This document shows, piece after piece, positions 1-19,309 of a stretch of 64,000 nt of DNA; position 1 is the first letter of the stretch, and every line of letters begins with the position of its first letter. Source of the DNA: the human T2T-CHM13v2.0 reference genome, Homo sapiens. The position numbers were made by a program, and so were the translations under genes. The stretch lies in the NCBI RefSeq assembly GCF_009914755.1, contig NC_060937.1; one strand, 5' to 3'. The notes below the pieces were generated by a model. The model was not told the origin of the DNA. It saw nothing but the letters and a program-made list of their open reading frames with translations, and did not search any database.

Positions 1-2572
1 TCTACTATCTGGCTCTTTCTAGGACAATTCCAAAGACCTTTCTGTTCCTTTACTCCACTACGCAAAGCCTCACCTTCTTGATTTCTCTACTTCCATATTG
101 TCTCCCTACTTGGCTCCTTCTCTCCATCCTTAAATCAATGACCTTAAGATGACAGCTGGTTTGGGCTTGATATTTCACATTTGTAATTCAACACCATCCA
201 GGGCACAACTTCTGAATTGGGCCTTCCAGCGTCCCCCCATCAGAACTACAAACCAAAGCCTTCCTGTCACTGCTCCCACAGAGTAGCACGGCTTCCATAA
301 GAAGACACAGCACATTGTGCTCTCTGTTCACGTAAGTCAAATGCCCACCCCTGACACTGATTAGTCTAGCTGCTGGTAACCATGAGAGAGTACTAGCTCT
401 GCATTTGCAAATATTCTTTCCAGAGCCACTGTGGTTACTTCTCCCCATCCCACACAACCATGCTATGATTCCACTGAACTCTTTCCTCTTAATGTGTTTC
501 TCCTTGTATAGACACTAAACTATGTTTGTGGGTCATCCAAATACATCAAATTTTAGCCCCACATCTGTCAGGGGACACAGAGTTCCCTGAAGCCTATCGG
601 TTTGCACTTAGCCTTATCCCTGTGCAGAAAAACAGATTACTTTCCATAAAAGTGGGATGAATTAATGGAGACTGCTGGTTGATCAAGCTGCTGGTGTCCC
701 ATCACCCGGAAGCTGGATGGTAAGAAACACACTAACTCTTACAATCCCATTCAAAGAAGTCTTCAAGGAAGTGTTAATTGTGGAATGCCCATGAGATTCT
801 AAGCTTCCCATTGTTTCATTCTCCCACTTTCTTCCCAGTTTTTTTCAACTAAAGTTTTGATCCAAAGATAGAGGCCCAGTTGAACACATTAACATATTCT
901 TAATCTAAACTACATCCAATTGAGTCCATATCAAATTGGCCCCAGTAAGTAGGATCAACCGGGCCAGATGGCTATACATGCATTTGGTGACAGGTCACTC
1001 TGCAGGTACCTATCCTCCCAACAGAAACTCTACCTGGAAGGAGGGGCAGATGAGCTGACCCCTGCACTGCAGCCCCACTGCATTTCACCTCTCAGCCATG
1101 GGATTAACAAGAGAGGTATCATGCCTCTACTAGAAGGCACTGATGGACTCTGAGGGATTAGGCAACTTAGAGAACCAGGCCCTGGTGCGGGTCTCAGCTG
1201 CCTGTCAAGGCCATCTCCCGTGAGTAAACTCTGATGAAAGAATTCCTTCCTCTGGGGAGAATCAACCACCCTCTGGAATCTCCTTACATAGTCCCATAAA
1301 AAACAAAGCCAATAGCCTGGGATCATCTGTCACTTACCTCTCAGACTTCCTCAAGGTCTATGCTATATTTCACTAGATAATAATTTTTCCATCAATCACT
1401 CCAGAGGTGATCACATGTATACTAAATACAACACCCTACCTTTGAGGAGGTGTTAGACATGGAGCTTGCCCTCAAATCACAAGGCAACCACAACATCTCC
1501 TGGTGCCTACAATTCAGTCAAGCCAGGTATTCTTCCCTTTAAAGCCTAAAACCCAAGATTGCAAAGACTTCAAAGAGATGAATGTCATTCAGCTCCACAA
1601 GTCATAGATATTCCAGAGCTGGACCTCCACGTTCCTTCATTCTCAGAAGATGATGGGAGGGAGATGTCCTCCCAGATACTCTTAGCAAAGTTTAATGTCT
1701 TTCAGTGCTATCTGGCCAGCAGTATGTACTAAAAATCTTTCAGAAATTAATGAAGGGACTGCTGTATTGTTTTCCTGGATGAATACTAACATGACTAGGT
1801 AGCATTTTTTTAACCTTACCACACCCTTCTGGTCTGAGATCTTAATTCTCTGTGGCAGCTTTTCATCCAGGTCAAGCCTGAGAAAAGTCTTTCAAGAGCT
1901 GCTCTCAGTTCTAAGGGCAGTTGTCTGGAATAAAGACATCCTAGAATTCCTAGATATTTTGGGAGATCATCTAATTCAACATTTTATTTGGCCCAATAAA
2001 AGACATGTTTAATAAGCCAAGTAGGCTTGGCTGTATGTTTGATGTTTGTGATGGTCTTGTGGAAACTAAAGAGCTTGTTCCCCCCTTTCCTTAGCATTGC
2101 CAACCTAACCCAGTTCAGCTGTTCACTATCAAACTTGAGAACTCAAAAATAGCAGTGTAGATCATTCAATACAGGAAAATAACAGCTCTAATGACCTCTT
2201 TCTTTCCCTATTTCTCCAGTGAGTCTCAGCTATAGTCAATTATAGTAGCTAACACATGTGGTTAATTTTTAGTACCTCCAAGGAATGGAGGAATTACCCC
2301 AAGAAATACGGTGCCCCTTGAAGATGTGTTAAGACCTTCCTCTGCCACCCAGAGTAATTGAGAAACTCAGAATTTCAGTGTATGCCGGCAGTCACATTTC
2401 TCCATTTGTTCACCAGTTTCCATACAAATGTCCTTTCTCAGAAGCAAAAGTAGCATAATAAGGAGGAATGCATTCTGTCAGTAGATCTAGACGCAGAAAC
2501 CAGTATAGGTATAGGTCTACAGCCCCACAGCAGCTAGATGCACTCTTATGTTACCCCTGAACAAATGCTTAA

Positions 2573-4641
<2,069 letters not shown>

Positions 4642-5036
4642 TATATATATGTTTCCTGGTGTCTCTAGAGGCAAAAAAGCTGTTACCTGGTTCTACAAGG
4701 ACAGAACACAATATACTTGGTCACTGTCCACAAAAGACATATGCCTCATGATGCCATCCTGGTTAGTCCTCAGAGCCATTTAAATGGTCCACGAAACTCA
4801 CAATAACCTTGCACCCACACCAACACATGCTTAAAATGCTACTACCTACAACAATTCATGTGTGAGGTCAAACACACATTAGAAATACTGCCGCACAGTT
4901 TCCTGACCTCCCAATGTCCAAATATGCTCCAAGACGCTATGCTAGTAGACTTGACCTATTCCACTAAACCACTTTCGCTTGTACTGGAGGATTCCAGCAG
5001 GAGAAAAACAACAGCCCATTTCAGCATGTACCCTTC

Positions 5037-5248
5037 CAATGGTGGGCTGAATCCAGCTTGTACCAGCTTGCCAGAGTCAAATGCTAAAGTTTCAGAAATT
5101 CTGTGAGCCAGTTGACATCACACTGGAAGCTTAAAATCAGCCATCCTGGGAGTATTTACTGAACAAACATTATCAGCAAATACTTCCAAAAAAAAAAGAG
5201 TCTCTTTTTCCAGAGAGTGGCTGCTAGACATCTGTCACAACACCACTG
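5037..5248 (+). mobile_element. MER63A-like non-autonomous hAT (Blackjack) DNA transposon
   Basis: Termini caatggtgggctg...caacaccactg are imperfect TIRs. Internal motif gcttaaaatcagccat..gggagtattta resembles the MER63 consensus; length ~210 bp. Confidence 0.7.
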
Positions 5249-5994
5249 ACTCTGTTCCACTCCTATTGTCTCAGCCAAAATTTCCTTTTTTAAAAGAGGT
5301 ATTCCAGCTTGTATAACAGTCTAGCCACTTGAACACCAAGTTCCAGTTTCTTGATGCTTTCAATTTCTGAATCTACCTGTTTATCATCCTCCCTTTGCCA
5401 CAGAACAAAGAAACAAAGGAAATCAGCTGTTTGACCTCCCAGCAGCAACACCTCTGGTCCACACATCAGGGAATTCATTTCTTATCACTCCGTAATACTT
5501 CTATAGCAGCAAGAACTATTATCACTATGATCATTTTGCAATTCAACCCCACCTCCTACAGATCCTCCAAAAGCAGTGATAAAATGTTAAGAGTCATATT
5601 AAGTTTAAAAGTGGGCATTTGAAAATGTTTAGTGATAAGTATTTTAATTCCAAACTAAGTCAAAAGGAGCATATGCCCCGAAATAGAGATTAAGACTGAT
5701 TCCTTTGACAGGCTACTTCTGCAAAGTGCAGAAAAGTAGCTGTGAATGTTGGCCTCCATCCCATTTAATAAGTTGGGGATTGTCTGCTGCTGTTCATGGA
5801 AATTTTAGTGTTCACAACTCCACTCTTTAAGATCTATAAGGGGGATTGTTTATCCCTCATGGATTTCAATTTATTTCTCTCTCACAGAAAGGGAAATAAA
5901 ACTTGCTCTAAATGTAAACCCTTCCAGACTGCAATAATATAAAAGGATAAATCCTTTATTATTTTAATAACTGCACTCCTTTTGTCCTCTCCCA

Positions 5995-6007
5995 TGTGTG
6001 TGTGTGT

Positions 6008-6045
<38 letters not shown>
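5995..6045. repeat. (TG)n microsatellite with one interruption
   Basis: Direct reading of ~25 TG units. Confidence 0.98.
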
Positions 6046-6047
<2 letters not shown>

Positions 6048-6434
6048 CTAATGAAACAGAAATAATCATAAAAGGGCTAATTTATGGATAGATTGTTCCT
6101 GAAAGATACACATAAAACGCTATTCTTCTAAAAAAAATTATCCTTACTAGCTATCCATAATGTATAAGTTTCTACCATTAAAGAGTTATTCCTTTGGTTT
6201 AAGAACTATGTTAAGCTATAAAATTTTAATATGAATCAAATAATCCAAAATTTGAAAAACATATTTTTCATCCTACAATCCTTACTGAGTACCTAGAGTT
6301 TATGAGGCCCTGGCCTGCATTAAAGGAACACATATATGAAGCTTAGACTTCATCAACGGAGATCTTCATGAAGAATACATGGTTCCTAATAAAGTGTCTG
6401 TGACAGTGGGACCAGGATAAGTTTGTTTCCATGT

Positions 6435-6545
6435 TGCAAGTTAAGAGGTTAGATAATATGCCCAAGATCACAAAACTAGTAAGTCATAGAGCTAACAGTT
6501 AAGCCAAGGTCTAATTTCAAAACTCTAGAGTCTTTTCATTATGTT
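6435..6545 (-). mobile_element. MIR fragment
   Basis: gaggttagataatatgcccaagatcaca...ctagtaagt matches the MIR core. Confidence 0.6.
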
Positions 6546-6776
6546 GCTTAGGGGAATAGAAATTAGGAACTGATATCTGGTAATATGCAACAATCCCAGG
6601 AATTATGGTATCCTTGTCCTGAGTGACACATACGCAAGATATTAAAATTTTTTACCTGTTGTTCTGCAAAAATCCTTGACCAGACAAAACATGACCTAAG
6701 AATTCCACTGCTTTTTGAAATCCATGTATTAGGGGTTGAAGGAAGGTGATAACCACAGTTTTCATTTAATAATTCT

Positions 6777-7571
6777 TGCATTAGTTTCCCATGGCTCCTA
6801 TAAACTGGGTGGCTTAAAACAACAAAAAGTTATTCCCTCACAGTTATGGAGGCAGAAGTCCATAATCAAAGTGTCAGCAGGGCTACACTCTGTCTGGAGG
6901 CTCTAGGGAGAATCTGTTCTGTGGCTGTTGCAGCTTCCAGCAGCTACTAGCATTTCGTAGCTTATGGCTGCATCTCTCTCTCTACTCTGTCTTCATATCG
7001 CCTTCTCCTCTATGTGTCTGTATTATCTCTTTTTGTCTCTTTTAAGAATATTTGTGATGGCATTTGGGGACCACTCAGATAATGAAAGATAATCTCCCCA
7101 TCTAAGAATCCTTAACTTAATTGCACCAGCAAAGATTCTTTCTCTAAATAAAGTACCATTTACAAGTCCCAGGTACTGGGATTTAATATCTTTGGGTGGC
7201 CAACTGTATTAGTTAATTTTCAGGCTGCTGATAAAGACATACCCGAGACTGGAAAGAAAAAGATGTTTAATGGACTTACAGTTCCATGTGGCTGGGGAGG
7301 CCTCACAACCATGGCAGAAGGCAAGAAGGGGCAAGTCACATCTTACATGAATGGAGGCAGGCAAAAAGAGAGAGCTTGTGCAGGGAAACTGCACAGTCAG
7401 ATCTCGTGAGACTTAATCACTATCATGAAAACAGCACAGGAAAGACCCACCCCCATGATTCAATTACCTCCCACCAGGTTTCTCCTATGACACATGGGAA
7501 TTGTGGGAGTTACAATTACAAGATGAGATCTGGGTGGGAACACAGCCAAACCATATCACCAACCTACTACA
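6777..7571 (-). mobile_element. MLT1 (MLT1B/C-like) MaLR LTR, interrupted by a THE1 LTR
   Basis: aaactgggtggcttaaaacaac...cacagttatggaggc motif. The element resumes as ctactaca after the THE1 insertion. Confidence 0.8.
7205..7558 (-). mobile_element. THE1 (THE1A/B-like) solo LTR
   Basis: Termini tgtattagt...aaaccatatca; motif gctgataaagacatacccgagactgg; perfect 5-bp TSD CCAAC (7200-7204 and 7559-7563). Confidence 0.92.
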
Positions 7572-8505
7572 GTGCTATATTTAGTGGAGTCTATTTTTCA
7601 CTCACATAGAGGAGAACTGGATGTAGTGGTGTTAGGTTATCAATCTATTTTTGCTTGGAGAAAAAGAACAAGACACTACTCTGTTCCTTTTCCTCCCCAC
7701 GTCCACTGCCTACCATCCCAGGCTAAAATGGACCATGTTTGGAGGAAAGGCAGACTGCTGCTTCATTCTCATGGCTGATTAGTCCCATTATTCCGTTTTC
7801 AAAGCACAGCTTAGCAAAGGCTATAAGTAATGCTGCCTTTAGACGTAGGCTACAAGGTCCCCCAACATGGGTCCTGCGCTTTGGAGGCAACCACAATGGT
7901 CTGTCTACTGCTGTACCCCTCCCCCTAAGGCAGCCTCCATGGGACAAGAAGGGCCTACCTAGAGCGCATGACCTCCACCTTCCATCCCAAATAGTATTCT
8001 GAGGACTGAAATCTTAAAATTCCCTGGCTCAAGTCTTTTCTCCCAAAGGTAGACTATGTTGTGGACACCCCAAGCCCTGAGAAACATCCAAGATGTGGGT
8101 AGGTAAGGTATGGATTCACTTGGATAAGCCGTTGGGACCACTTGCACATATGTACTCCAGGCCAGAGCCAGGTATAACAAGCAGAGGTAGGAGATCTATA
8201 GACTGGAGTCTGCATTTGTTCTTTGACCTAAGGCCCTGCAAATGACAGAGGCAGCCTTGGCCATGAGAACAGGGGAAGAGGTAAAGCCAGACAATGGCCA
8301 TTAGCTGCCATTTGGCTTCTCCATGATATGGTAGGAGACAAGAGAATGCTACATAATTAGGAATAGCTAAGTATCTACTCTGCTGATGAGTTCATTTCCA
8401 AAAAATGCTGAAATATATAATACTTGTTTTAATATCTATTAATGGCCTTAATAATGTTATTTTTTGGCTCAATAATTTCACTTCCTGGAATTTAGTCTTT
8501 GGAAA

Positions 8506-9066
8506 TGTAAGAATTAAAGAAAGAGGAGAGAAACACGAAGGGTGGCTTTACAGTCAACAAGGACAGGTTTATTTTAAATAAAGCTGAGAGGGGCTTCTGG
8601 CCAAGCTAGGTCAGAGCCACACTCGCTTACAGACTAAGAGTTTTTAGGGGTTCGGGGTGGGAGAGTTTATCAGAGGCTGGGACTCTCCTTCTGTGTCTCT
8701 CTGTTGTGCTTATCTAGAGGGGAGAGTTTTGTGTCTGTTTCCATACTTCTTTCTGCAGCTGCAGGCATATCCCTTGAATCTGCTTTTAGCTTCCCTATCT
8801 TAGTGCACCTGAAAGGAAAGGAATGTGCTTATTAAGGCCCACTGTTTTAGCGAGGCCCATTGTATGAGAGGGAAGTTTGGCAGTTATCCAAGAGACTTTC
8901 CTCCTATTTCCCTCTGTGCCCAAGCTGTCTTATCTGTGTTTTACTTTCTGCTCTTTCTGTTGGCTTGTAGTTAGAAGAGATTTCCTTGAAATGCATGAGT
9001 CTAGAAAGGGAGCTGGAACTTAAAGCGGTGATGTTTGTCCGAGACGACGGTGCTCCTGCTCTGTCA
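8506..9066 (-). mobile_element. ERV1 solo LTR, LTR6-like (probably LTR6B; HERV-S71 family)
   Basis: 561 bp with TG...CA termini. The minus strand starts TGACAGAGCAGGAGCACCGTC and ends TTTAATTCTTACA, with AATAAA near its 3' end. TSD GGAAA (8501-8505 and 9067-9071). Confidence 0.8.
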
Positions 9067-9837
9067 GGAAATATTTCAAAATGTAAAATAAAAATGCTTT
9101 ATATACAGATTTTCATTCCCTTTTTTTCATTTAAGAAGATAAGAAAAGGTAAACATTCCAAATGTCCAATAGACACATAGCTAAATAAATGGCAGTATGC
9201 TGAAATCAAGATAATGGAGTTTATAAAAATAGTGTTTACAAATTGTTTTAATAACATGGAAAATCCATATAGTGTTGATTAAAAAATAAAAGAAATGAGA
9301 AACAAAATCGTCTCAACTATGTAAAACTTAATTCTAGCCAAAAAATGACTTCAGGAAATAATAATATGTTAATTGCCCTAAGAAAATAGGCTTCTGTATT
9401 TTTATTATAATTTATAATTTAATTAAAAATTGCCTACAATAATATACATTACTTTTACAACCAGATTTTTTAAAAAGCAACACTAAAGGATAAAACACGG
9501 AAACCAGTTACACATGGCAGATGGAACATGTATGTTTGTTATTTCCTTCCCCAAACCCCACTAGATGACAGCAGATTTTTTAAAGGGTACAAACCCACAA
9601 AGAAAAAGAGAACAGAGAAGAAGACAACGCAAAACTTGGCAAACTACAAAGCTAGTAGATAAGAAGTGACTAACAAGTAGACCTGAGAAAGGTGACCTTA
9701 CTGCCAGCCGTTGGGGGAAACCAATCTGATCCACAGAAAAGCTCAGGAATTGGGGACACCTCCTGTAACAGAGCAGGATAACAAATGGGGTATAAAAATA
9801 AGGGATTGATTGAAAATTGGAACAAAATGCATTGAGA

Positions 9838-10160
9838 GGCCAGGTAGGTGCAGTGGCTCACACCTGTAATCCCAGCACTTTGGAGGCTGAGGCGGGTGGA
9901 TCACTTGAGGTCAGGAGTTCAAGACCAGCCTGGCCAACATGGTAAAAACGCATCTCTACTAAAAACACAAAAACTTAGCTGGGCGTGGTGGCAGGTGCCT
10001 GTAGTTCCAGCTACTCCAGAGACTGAGGCATGAGAATCACCTGAACACAGGAGGCAGAGCTTGCAGTGAGCCCAGTTTGCGGCACTGCACTCCAGCCTGG
10101 GTGACAGGGCGAGACTCCATCTAAAACAAAACAAACCAAAACAAAACAGACAAAAAAAAT
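9838..10160 (+). mobile_element. AluS with (CAAAA)n tail
   Basis: Dimeric Alu; TSD tgcattgaga (9828-9837 and 10161-10170). Confidence 0.97.
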
Positions 10161-10734
10161 TGCATTGAGAACCTCAGAAATCTCTCCAAATCCGTAATAA
10201 GTCAGAGGTTTACTCTCTGAAAAGACTTAATCAAAAGATTCTGGACTCAACCCTTAGGCAGAACTGAGGTTGGTGTGCTATATTGAAAATATAGGCAATA
10301 AGTAAATGGTGAAATTCCTGCTCACTTCTCCAGAATGCTGGTATAAAAGTTTACACCTTTCAAAGAGTAAACTGACTAAACCAAGGACTTACACATGCTA
10401 GCAACTGAGGGTGGGCAGAGGGGACATTTTTGATAGGCTATTCATTGATATGGCTTTTTCATTTATACACAGTAATTGACTAACATTTTATTGCCTCATT
10501 CTTTTTTTTTTTTTCTTTTTTTTTTTTTTATTATACTCTAAGTTTTAGGGTACATGTGCACATTGTGCAGGTTAGTTACATATGTATACATGTGCCATGC
10601 TGGTGTGCTGCACCCACTAACGTGTCATCTAGCATTAGGTATATCTCCCAATGCTATCCCTCCCCCCTCCCCCGACCCCACCACAGTCCCCAGAGTGTGA
10701 TATTCCCCTTCCTGTGTCCAAGTGATCTCATTGT

Positions 10735-14587
<3,853 letters not shown>

Positions 14588-14626
14588 TCATTAGTTGATG
14601 CAGTTTCTTCCTAGTCTCGATGGTCT

Positions 14627-15638
14627 TTACATTTTGGCATGATTTTGCAGCGGCTGGTACCGGTTGTTCCATGTTTAGCGCTTCCTTCAGGAGCTCTTTT
14701 AGGGCAGGCCTGGTGGTGACAAAATCTCTCAGCATTTGCTTGTCTATAAAGTATTTTATTTCTCCTTCACTTATGAAGCTTAGTTTGGCTGGATATGAAA
14801 TTCTGGGTTGAAAATTCTTTTCTTTAAGAATGTTCAATATTGGCCCCCACTCTCTTCTGGCTTGTAGGGTTTCTGCCAGGAGATCCGCTGTTAGTCTGAT
14901 GGGCTTTCCTTTGAGGGTAACCCGACCTTTCTCTCTGGCTGCCCTTAACATTTTTTCCTTCAATTCAACTTTGGTGAATCTGACAATTATGTGTCTTGGA
15001 GTTGCTCTTCTCGAGGAGTATCTTTGTGGCGTTCTCTGTATTTCCTGAATCTGAACGTTGGCCTGCCTTGCTAGATTGGGGAAGTTCTCCTGGATAATAT
15101 CCTGCAGAGTGTTTTCCAACTTGGTTCCATTCTCCCCATCACTTTCAGGTACACCAATCAGACGTAGATTTGGTCTTTTCACATAGTCCCATATTTCTTG
15201 GAGGCTTTGCTCATTTCTTTTTATTCTTTTTTCTCTAAACTTCCCTTCTCACTTCATTTCATTCATTTCATCTTCCATTGCTGATACCCTTTCTTCCAGT
15301 TGATCGCATCGGCTCCTGAGGCTTCTGCATTCTTCACGTAGTTCTCGAGCCTTGGTTTTCAGCTCCATCAGCTCCTTTAAGCACTTCTCTGTATTGGTTA
15401 TTCTAGTTATACATTCTTCTAAATTTTTTTCAAAGTTTTCAACTTCTTTGCCTTTGGTTTGAATGTCCTCCCGTAGCTCAGAGTAATTTGATCGTCTGAA
15501 GCCTTCTTCTCTCAGCTCGTCAAAATCATTCTCCATCCAGCTTTGTTCTGTTGCTGGTGAGGAACTGCGTTCCTTTGGAGGAGGAGAGGCGCTCTGCGTT
15601 TTAGAGTTTCCAGTTTTTCTGTTCTGTTTTTTCCCCAT
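14627..15638 (-). pseudogene. ORF1: L1 ORF1 with a premature stop (R130*) and a 5-bp deletion near the C-terminus
   Basis: MGKKQNRKTGNSK...EMNEMK* (TGA at 15249-15251, from CGA). ATGGAACAACCGG vs consensus ATGGAAAGGAACAACCGG near 14670. Span is 1012 nt, i.e. 1017-5. Confidence 0.95.
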
Positions 15639-16545
15639 CTTTGTGGTTTTATCTACTTTTGGTCTTTGATGATGGTGATGTACAGATGGGTTTTCAGTGT
15701 AGATGTCCTTTCTGGTTGTTAGTTTTCCTTCTAACAGACAGGACCCTCAGCTGCAGGTCTGTTGGAATACCCTGCCGTGTGAGGTGTCAGTGTGCCCCTG
15801 CTGGGGGGTGCCTCCCAGTTAGGCTGCTCGGGGGTCAGGGGTCAGGGACCCACTTGAGGAGGCAGTCTGCCCGTTCTCAGATCTCCAGCTGCGTGCTGGG
15901 AGAACCACTGCTCTCTTCAAAGCTGTCAGACAGGGACACTTAAGTCTGCAGAGGTTACTGCTGTCTTTTTGTTTGTCTGTGCCCTGCCCCCAGAGGTGGA
16001 GCCTACAGAGGCAGGCAGGCCTCCTTGAGCTGTGGTGGGCTCCACCCAGTTCGAGCTTCCCGGCTGCTTTGTTTACCTAAGCAAGCCTGGGCAATGGCGG
16101 GCGCCCCTCCCCCAGCCTCGTTGCCGCCTTGCAGTTTGATCTCAGACTGCTGTGCTAGCAATCAGCGAGATTCCGTGGGCGTAGGACCCTCTGAGCCAGG
16201 TGTGGGATATCGTCTCGTGGTGCGCCGTTTCTTAAGCCGGTCTGAAAAGCGCAATATTCGGGTGGGAGTGACCCGATTTTCCAGGTGTGTCCGTCACCCC
16301 TTTCTTTTACTCGGAAAGGGAACTCCCTGACCCCTTGCGCTTCCCAGGTGAGGCAATGCCTCGCCCTGCTTCAGCTCGCGCACGGTGCGCACACACACTG
16401 GCCTGCGCCCACTGTCTGGCACTCCCTAGTGAGATGAACCCGGTACCTCAGATGGAAATGCAGAAATCACCCGTCTTCTGCGTCGCTCACGCTGGGAGCT
16501 GTAGACGGGAGCTGTTCCTATTCGGCCATCTTGGCTCCTCCCTCC
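15639..16545 (-). promoter_or_regulatory. L1 5'UTR: internal sense promoter, antisense promoter, CpG-rich, YY1 site intact
   Basis: AAGATGGCC at 16524-16532 (minus strand); many CpGs retained; the only extended CpG-rich stretch in the window. Confidence 0.85.
16094..16330 (+). CDS. ORF0: L1 antisense ORF0, open, extended to 78 aa by stop loss
   Basis: ATG at 16094 gives MAGAPPPASLPPCSLISDCC...VRHPFL. The usual TGA reads TTA at 16307-16309, adding LLGKGTP. Confidence 0.75.
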   Translation: MAGAPPPASLPPCSLISDCCASNQRDSVGVGPSEPGVGYRLVVRRFLSRSEKRNIRVGVTRFSRCVRHPFLLLGKGTP

Positions 16546-18864
16546 TATTGCCTCATTCTTAAAACGAATAGAAGCCAACAATTGCAAGACATTTGAGAAA
16601 AGTATCTAATGTGAAAGAGAATCTAAGAGATATAGAAAGTAAAAACAAAAACACAAAACTTCAAGGGAAACAGGAACAATGTGGTAAGCAGGTAGGAGCT
16701 TTGAATGAGCAATAACTGAAACCCTCAGAGAGGTAATGTAGTAAAACTTAATCCATAAAATAAGAACAGAAGGTTATAAACTTAAGAATGTTGAGAGAAA
16801 AAAGGAGATTTGTGAAATTTAAAAATAATGTGATAGCAAAATGAAAATCTCAAAAAAATTTGGAAGCAAAATCACTTTTGCTGGATGAGTGGTAGTAGTG
16901 CTCATCCTCAAACCTAACTTTGAGTTCAAGACCAGTGTCCTCTCTGCCTTCTATCCATGCCTGCCCTCAGTATATTTTCACAGATGGTGTCTGTGGTTTG
17001 AAGAATTCATCTGTGACATTCTATACCTCTCTTGAAACTGTTATATCAAAGCACTCTAACTTCATCAACAATAAAATTTTATTGTCAGACTCTGCCATTT
17101 ATCTGGAAATGGAAGAATAGGTTTCGCCTGCCTCCTATTTTTCCTATTTTTCTCATATCATTCTCAAATACCGTTCGTATGATAATTTTATAATACCAAT
17201 TGCCCAGTGGGTGTTTTTCTCTCTTTTCCGAGGAGGCCCGCACAAAATTGACTCTTGTTTTATAGCCTTTGGAAAGAGTAACTGGAATTCAGAGGAAGTA
17301 TTGACATATTCCCAGAGGCAATGCACAGCTCCAGTAGAAACTTTTGCTAACACCAGCCAGCTCTATCCAGAGATAAAGACCCATCATGAACCACTCTGTG
17401 CTCAGTGCTCTAATCTACACAAGATAATTAATTACCCATTCCTTCAGCACATTTATGTCAGTTCTAGGTGCTGACAACATAGGCTTGTCTCCTTTTATGT
17501 GGCCACTTGAAACTTTGACAGCAACCAAAGCTCAGATTTAATCATTTGATTCTGACTGCTTTCTGTACCAAATTGTAATGGGATTCAAGTACAGTGTGAC
17601 AGTTCAGGGACAATAACACTGCTCATCAATGTCATTCTCACAGCCAGGGGTCTAGCTTTGCAGAAAATTGAAGACTTGGTTTTAAAAAGCTTTTAGACAT
17701 TTAATTGGGCTGTGCTAAAAGCTTAACTTGTTTTCGTTGTCAGGGTCTGAAATACACTGGGGTTCTAGAAAGGCCAAATATGCGTTTATCAAGATGTCTT
17801 CTAGTTATAGTGAATCAGAATTATTACGTAAAACATTAGTTCATTGCAATGGATGTGCTTTAAAACAGCAGGGCAAGTATGCCCTGCTATGAAAAAGTTC
17901 AACACCTGAACTTGTAAAACAAATATGCTAGAGGAAGTCATTCATACCACTAAGATGTGTAATTAACTAGAACGTATTTCAAAAATGAAATTCTTTTGTC
18001 TACCGAAACCACAGAACCACATACTTTGTAATTTATAAACTGTATGTTTTGGAGCACATAAGTTTACTATTATAAGAGCTACAATACTTATCTGATAGAG
18101 TTTGCAAAATATTTTGCCTACATTATCTCATTTGAACCTATTTAAAGCCCTGTGAAAGTGCAGAGTAGCTCTTATTTCCCATGTATAGATGTTGAAATGA
18201 TTTAGAATAAAACAGGTTTTCTTCAAAGAAATGTTCATCCCTTGCATATACCAATGCTTTTAGCAGCACTTGAAAGCTAGAAATGGAGTGCCTCATTGAC
18301 TACCTCAAAGTAACTAAACAAATGTTTCCTGAAAAAATTATAATCTGAAGAAAATGTTTGCTTTCAAAATCATACCTTTCTTAAGGGGTTTCAGAGAAAA
18401 ATGTCTGCAAGACTAACCCACATGGTAGAATACTGATGTAGCAAAAGTACTGCTTCCCTGGCTTTTTGGAAGAGAAGAAAGATCTCTTGATTTATACTCT
18501 GGATGCAAGTCATCTCTTGGTTGGAATGTCAGCTTGGCTTGCTTTATCATTTACAATGTCCCTAGCCCAGAATTCACTAGTGTAAACAAATAAGGTAAAA
18601 TCTAACTAGAGTGGGACAACTTGGCAGATGTCTAGCCTGAATTATTATAATCTGAAGTACTGAAGCTATTAAATAGCTCTCCTATTTTGACTTACATAAA
18701 GGAACTTGAAGAATGCCAATAAAATGGCTTCAGTGGAGAAATAAGTAAAATCTATTATTACTAAAGTGTTTCTTATAATGGTTGGCTTTGTATACATAGT
18801 TTTGTGACAGTGGTGGCCACATTGTTTAGTAATCATCTGTTTCCACGTATAACCATCTTTACCT

Positions 18865-18980
18865 TCCACCTCCAGAGAAGGGTCTGGATCTTATTCATCT
18901 CTGCACTGCCACAGCCTGTCGGTAAATATATTGTGAGACTTGACAAATGTTTGGTAAGTACGTTAATTAATGAATAAACT
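18865..18980 (+). mobile_element. L2 3'-end fragment
   Basis: ctccagagaagg...cttattcatctctg...aaatgtttg...aatgaata. Confidence 0.5.
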
Positions 18981-19009
18981 GCAGCTGAGTGGTTGCTGGC
19001 TGAATCTTG

Positions 19010-19240
19010 GCAGAGAAAAAAGCACCGGCCTTAGTCAGCAACACTTTGGGATTACTTTCCAACCCACCCAAAGAGTAGTTGTGTGGTCTTAAATTTCTCA
19101 ATCTTTCTGGGACTCTGTTGTCTCAATTGTAAGAAGAAGGTAATCATGAGTGACAATGCCTACCTTATGGGGTTGCTCTGGCAAGAAAATGGGAGAATGT
19201 ATGTCAAGTAACAAGAATGTTCAACTAATGGTAGGTAAAC
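19010..19240 (+). mobile_element. MIR fragment
   Basis: ctctgttgtctcaattgtaa...cctaccttatggggttgct. Confidence 0.5.
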
Positions 19241-19309
19241 ATTTTAATTGTGTTTCCTAACACCTTGTAAATACCATAAATATACTTTAATCATAAAAAA
19301 TTATTAAGA

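Noticed and set aside
16899-17474. Two ORFs (16920-17120 and 17211-17474) share one frame: ~190 codons with one internal stop
   Set aside because: No recognisable domain, no upstream ATG start and no clean splice boundaries. By rough estimate a few such runs are expected by chance in six frames of 64 kb.
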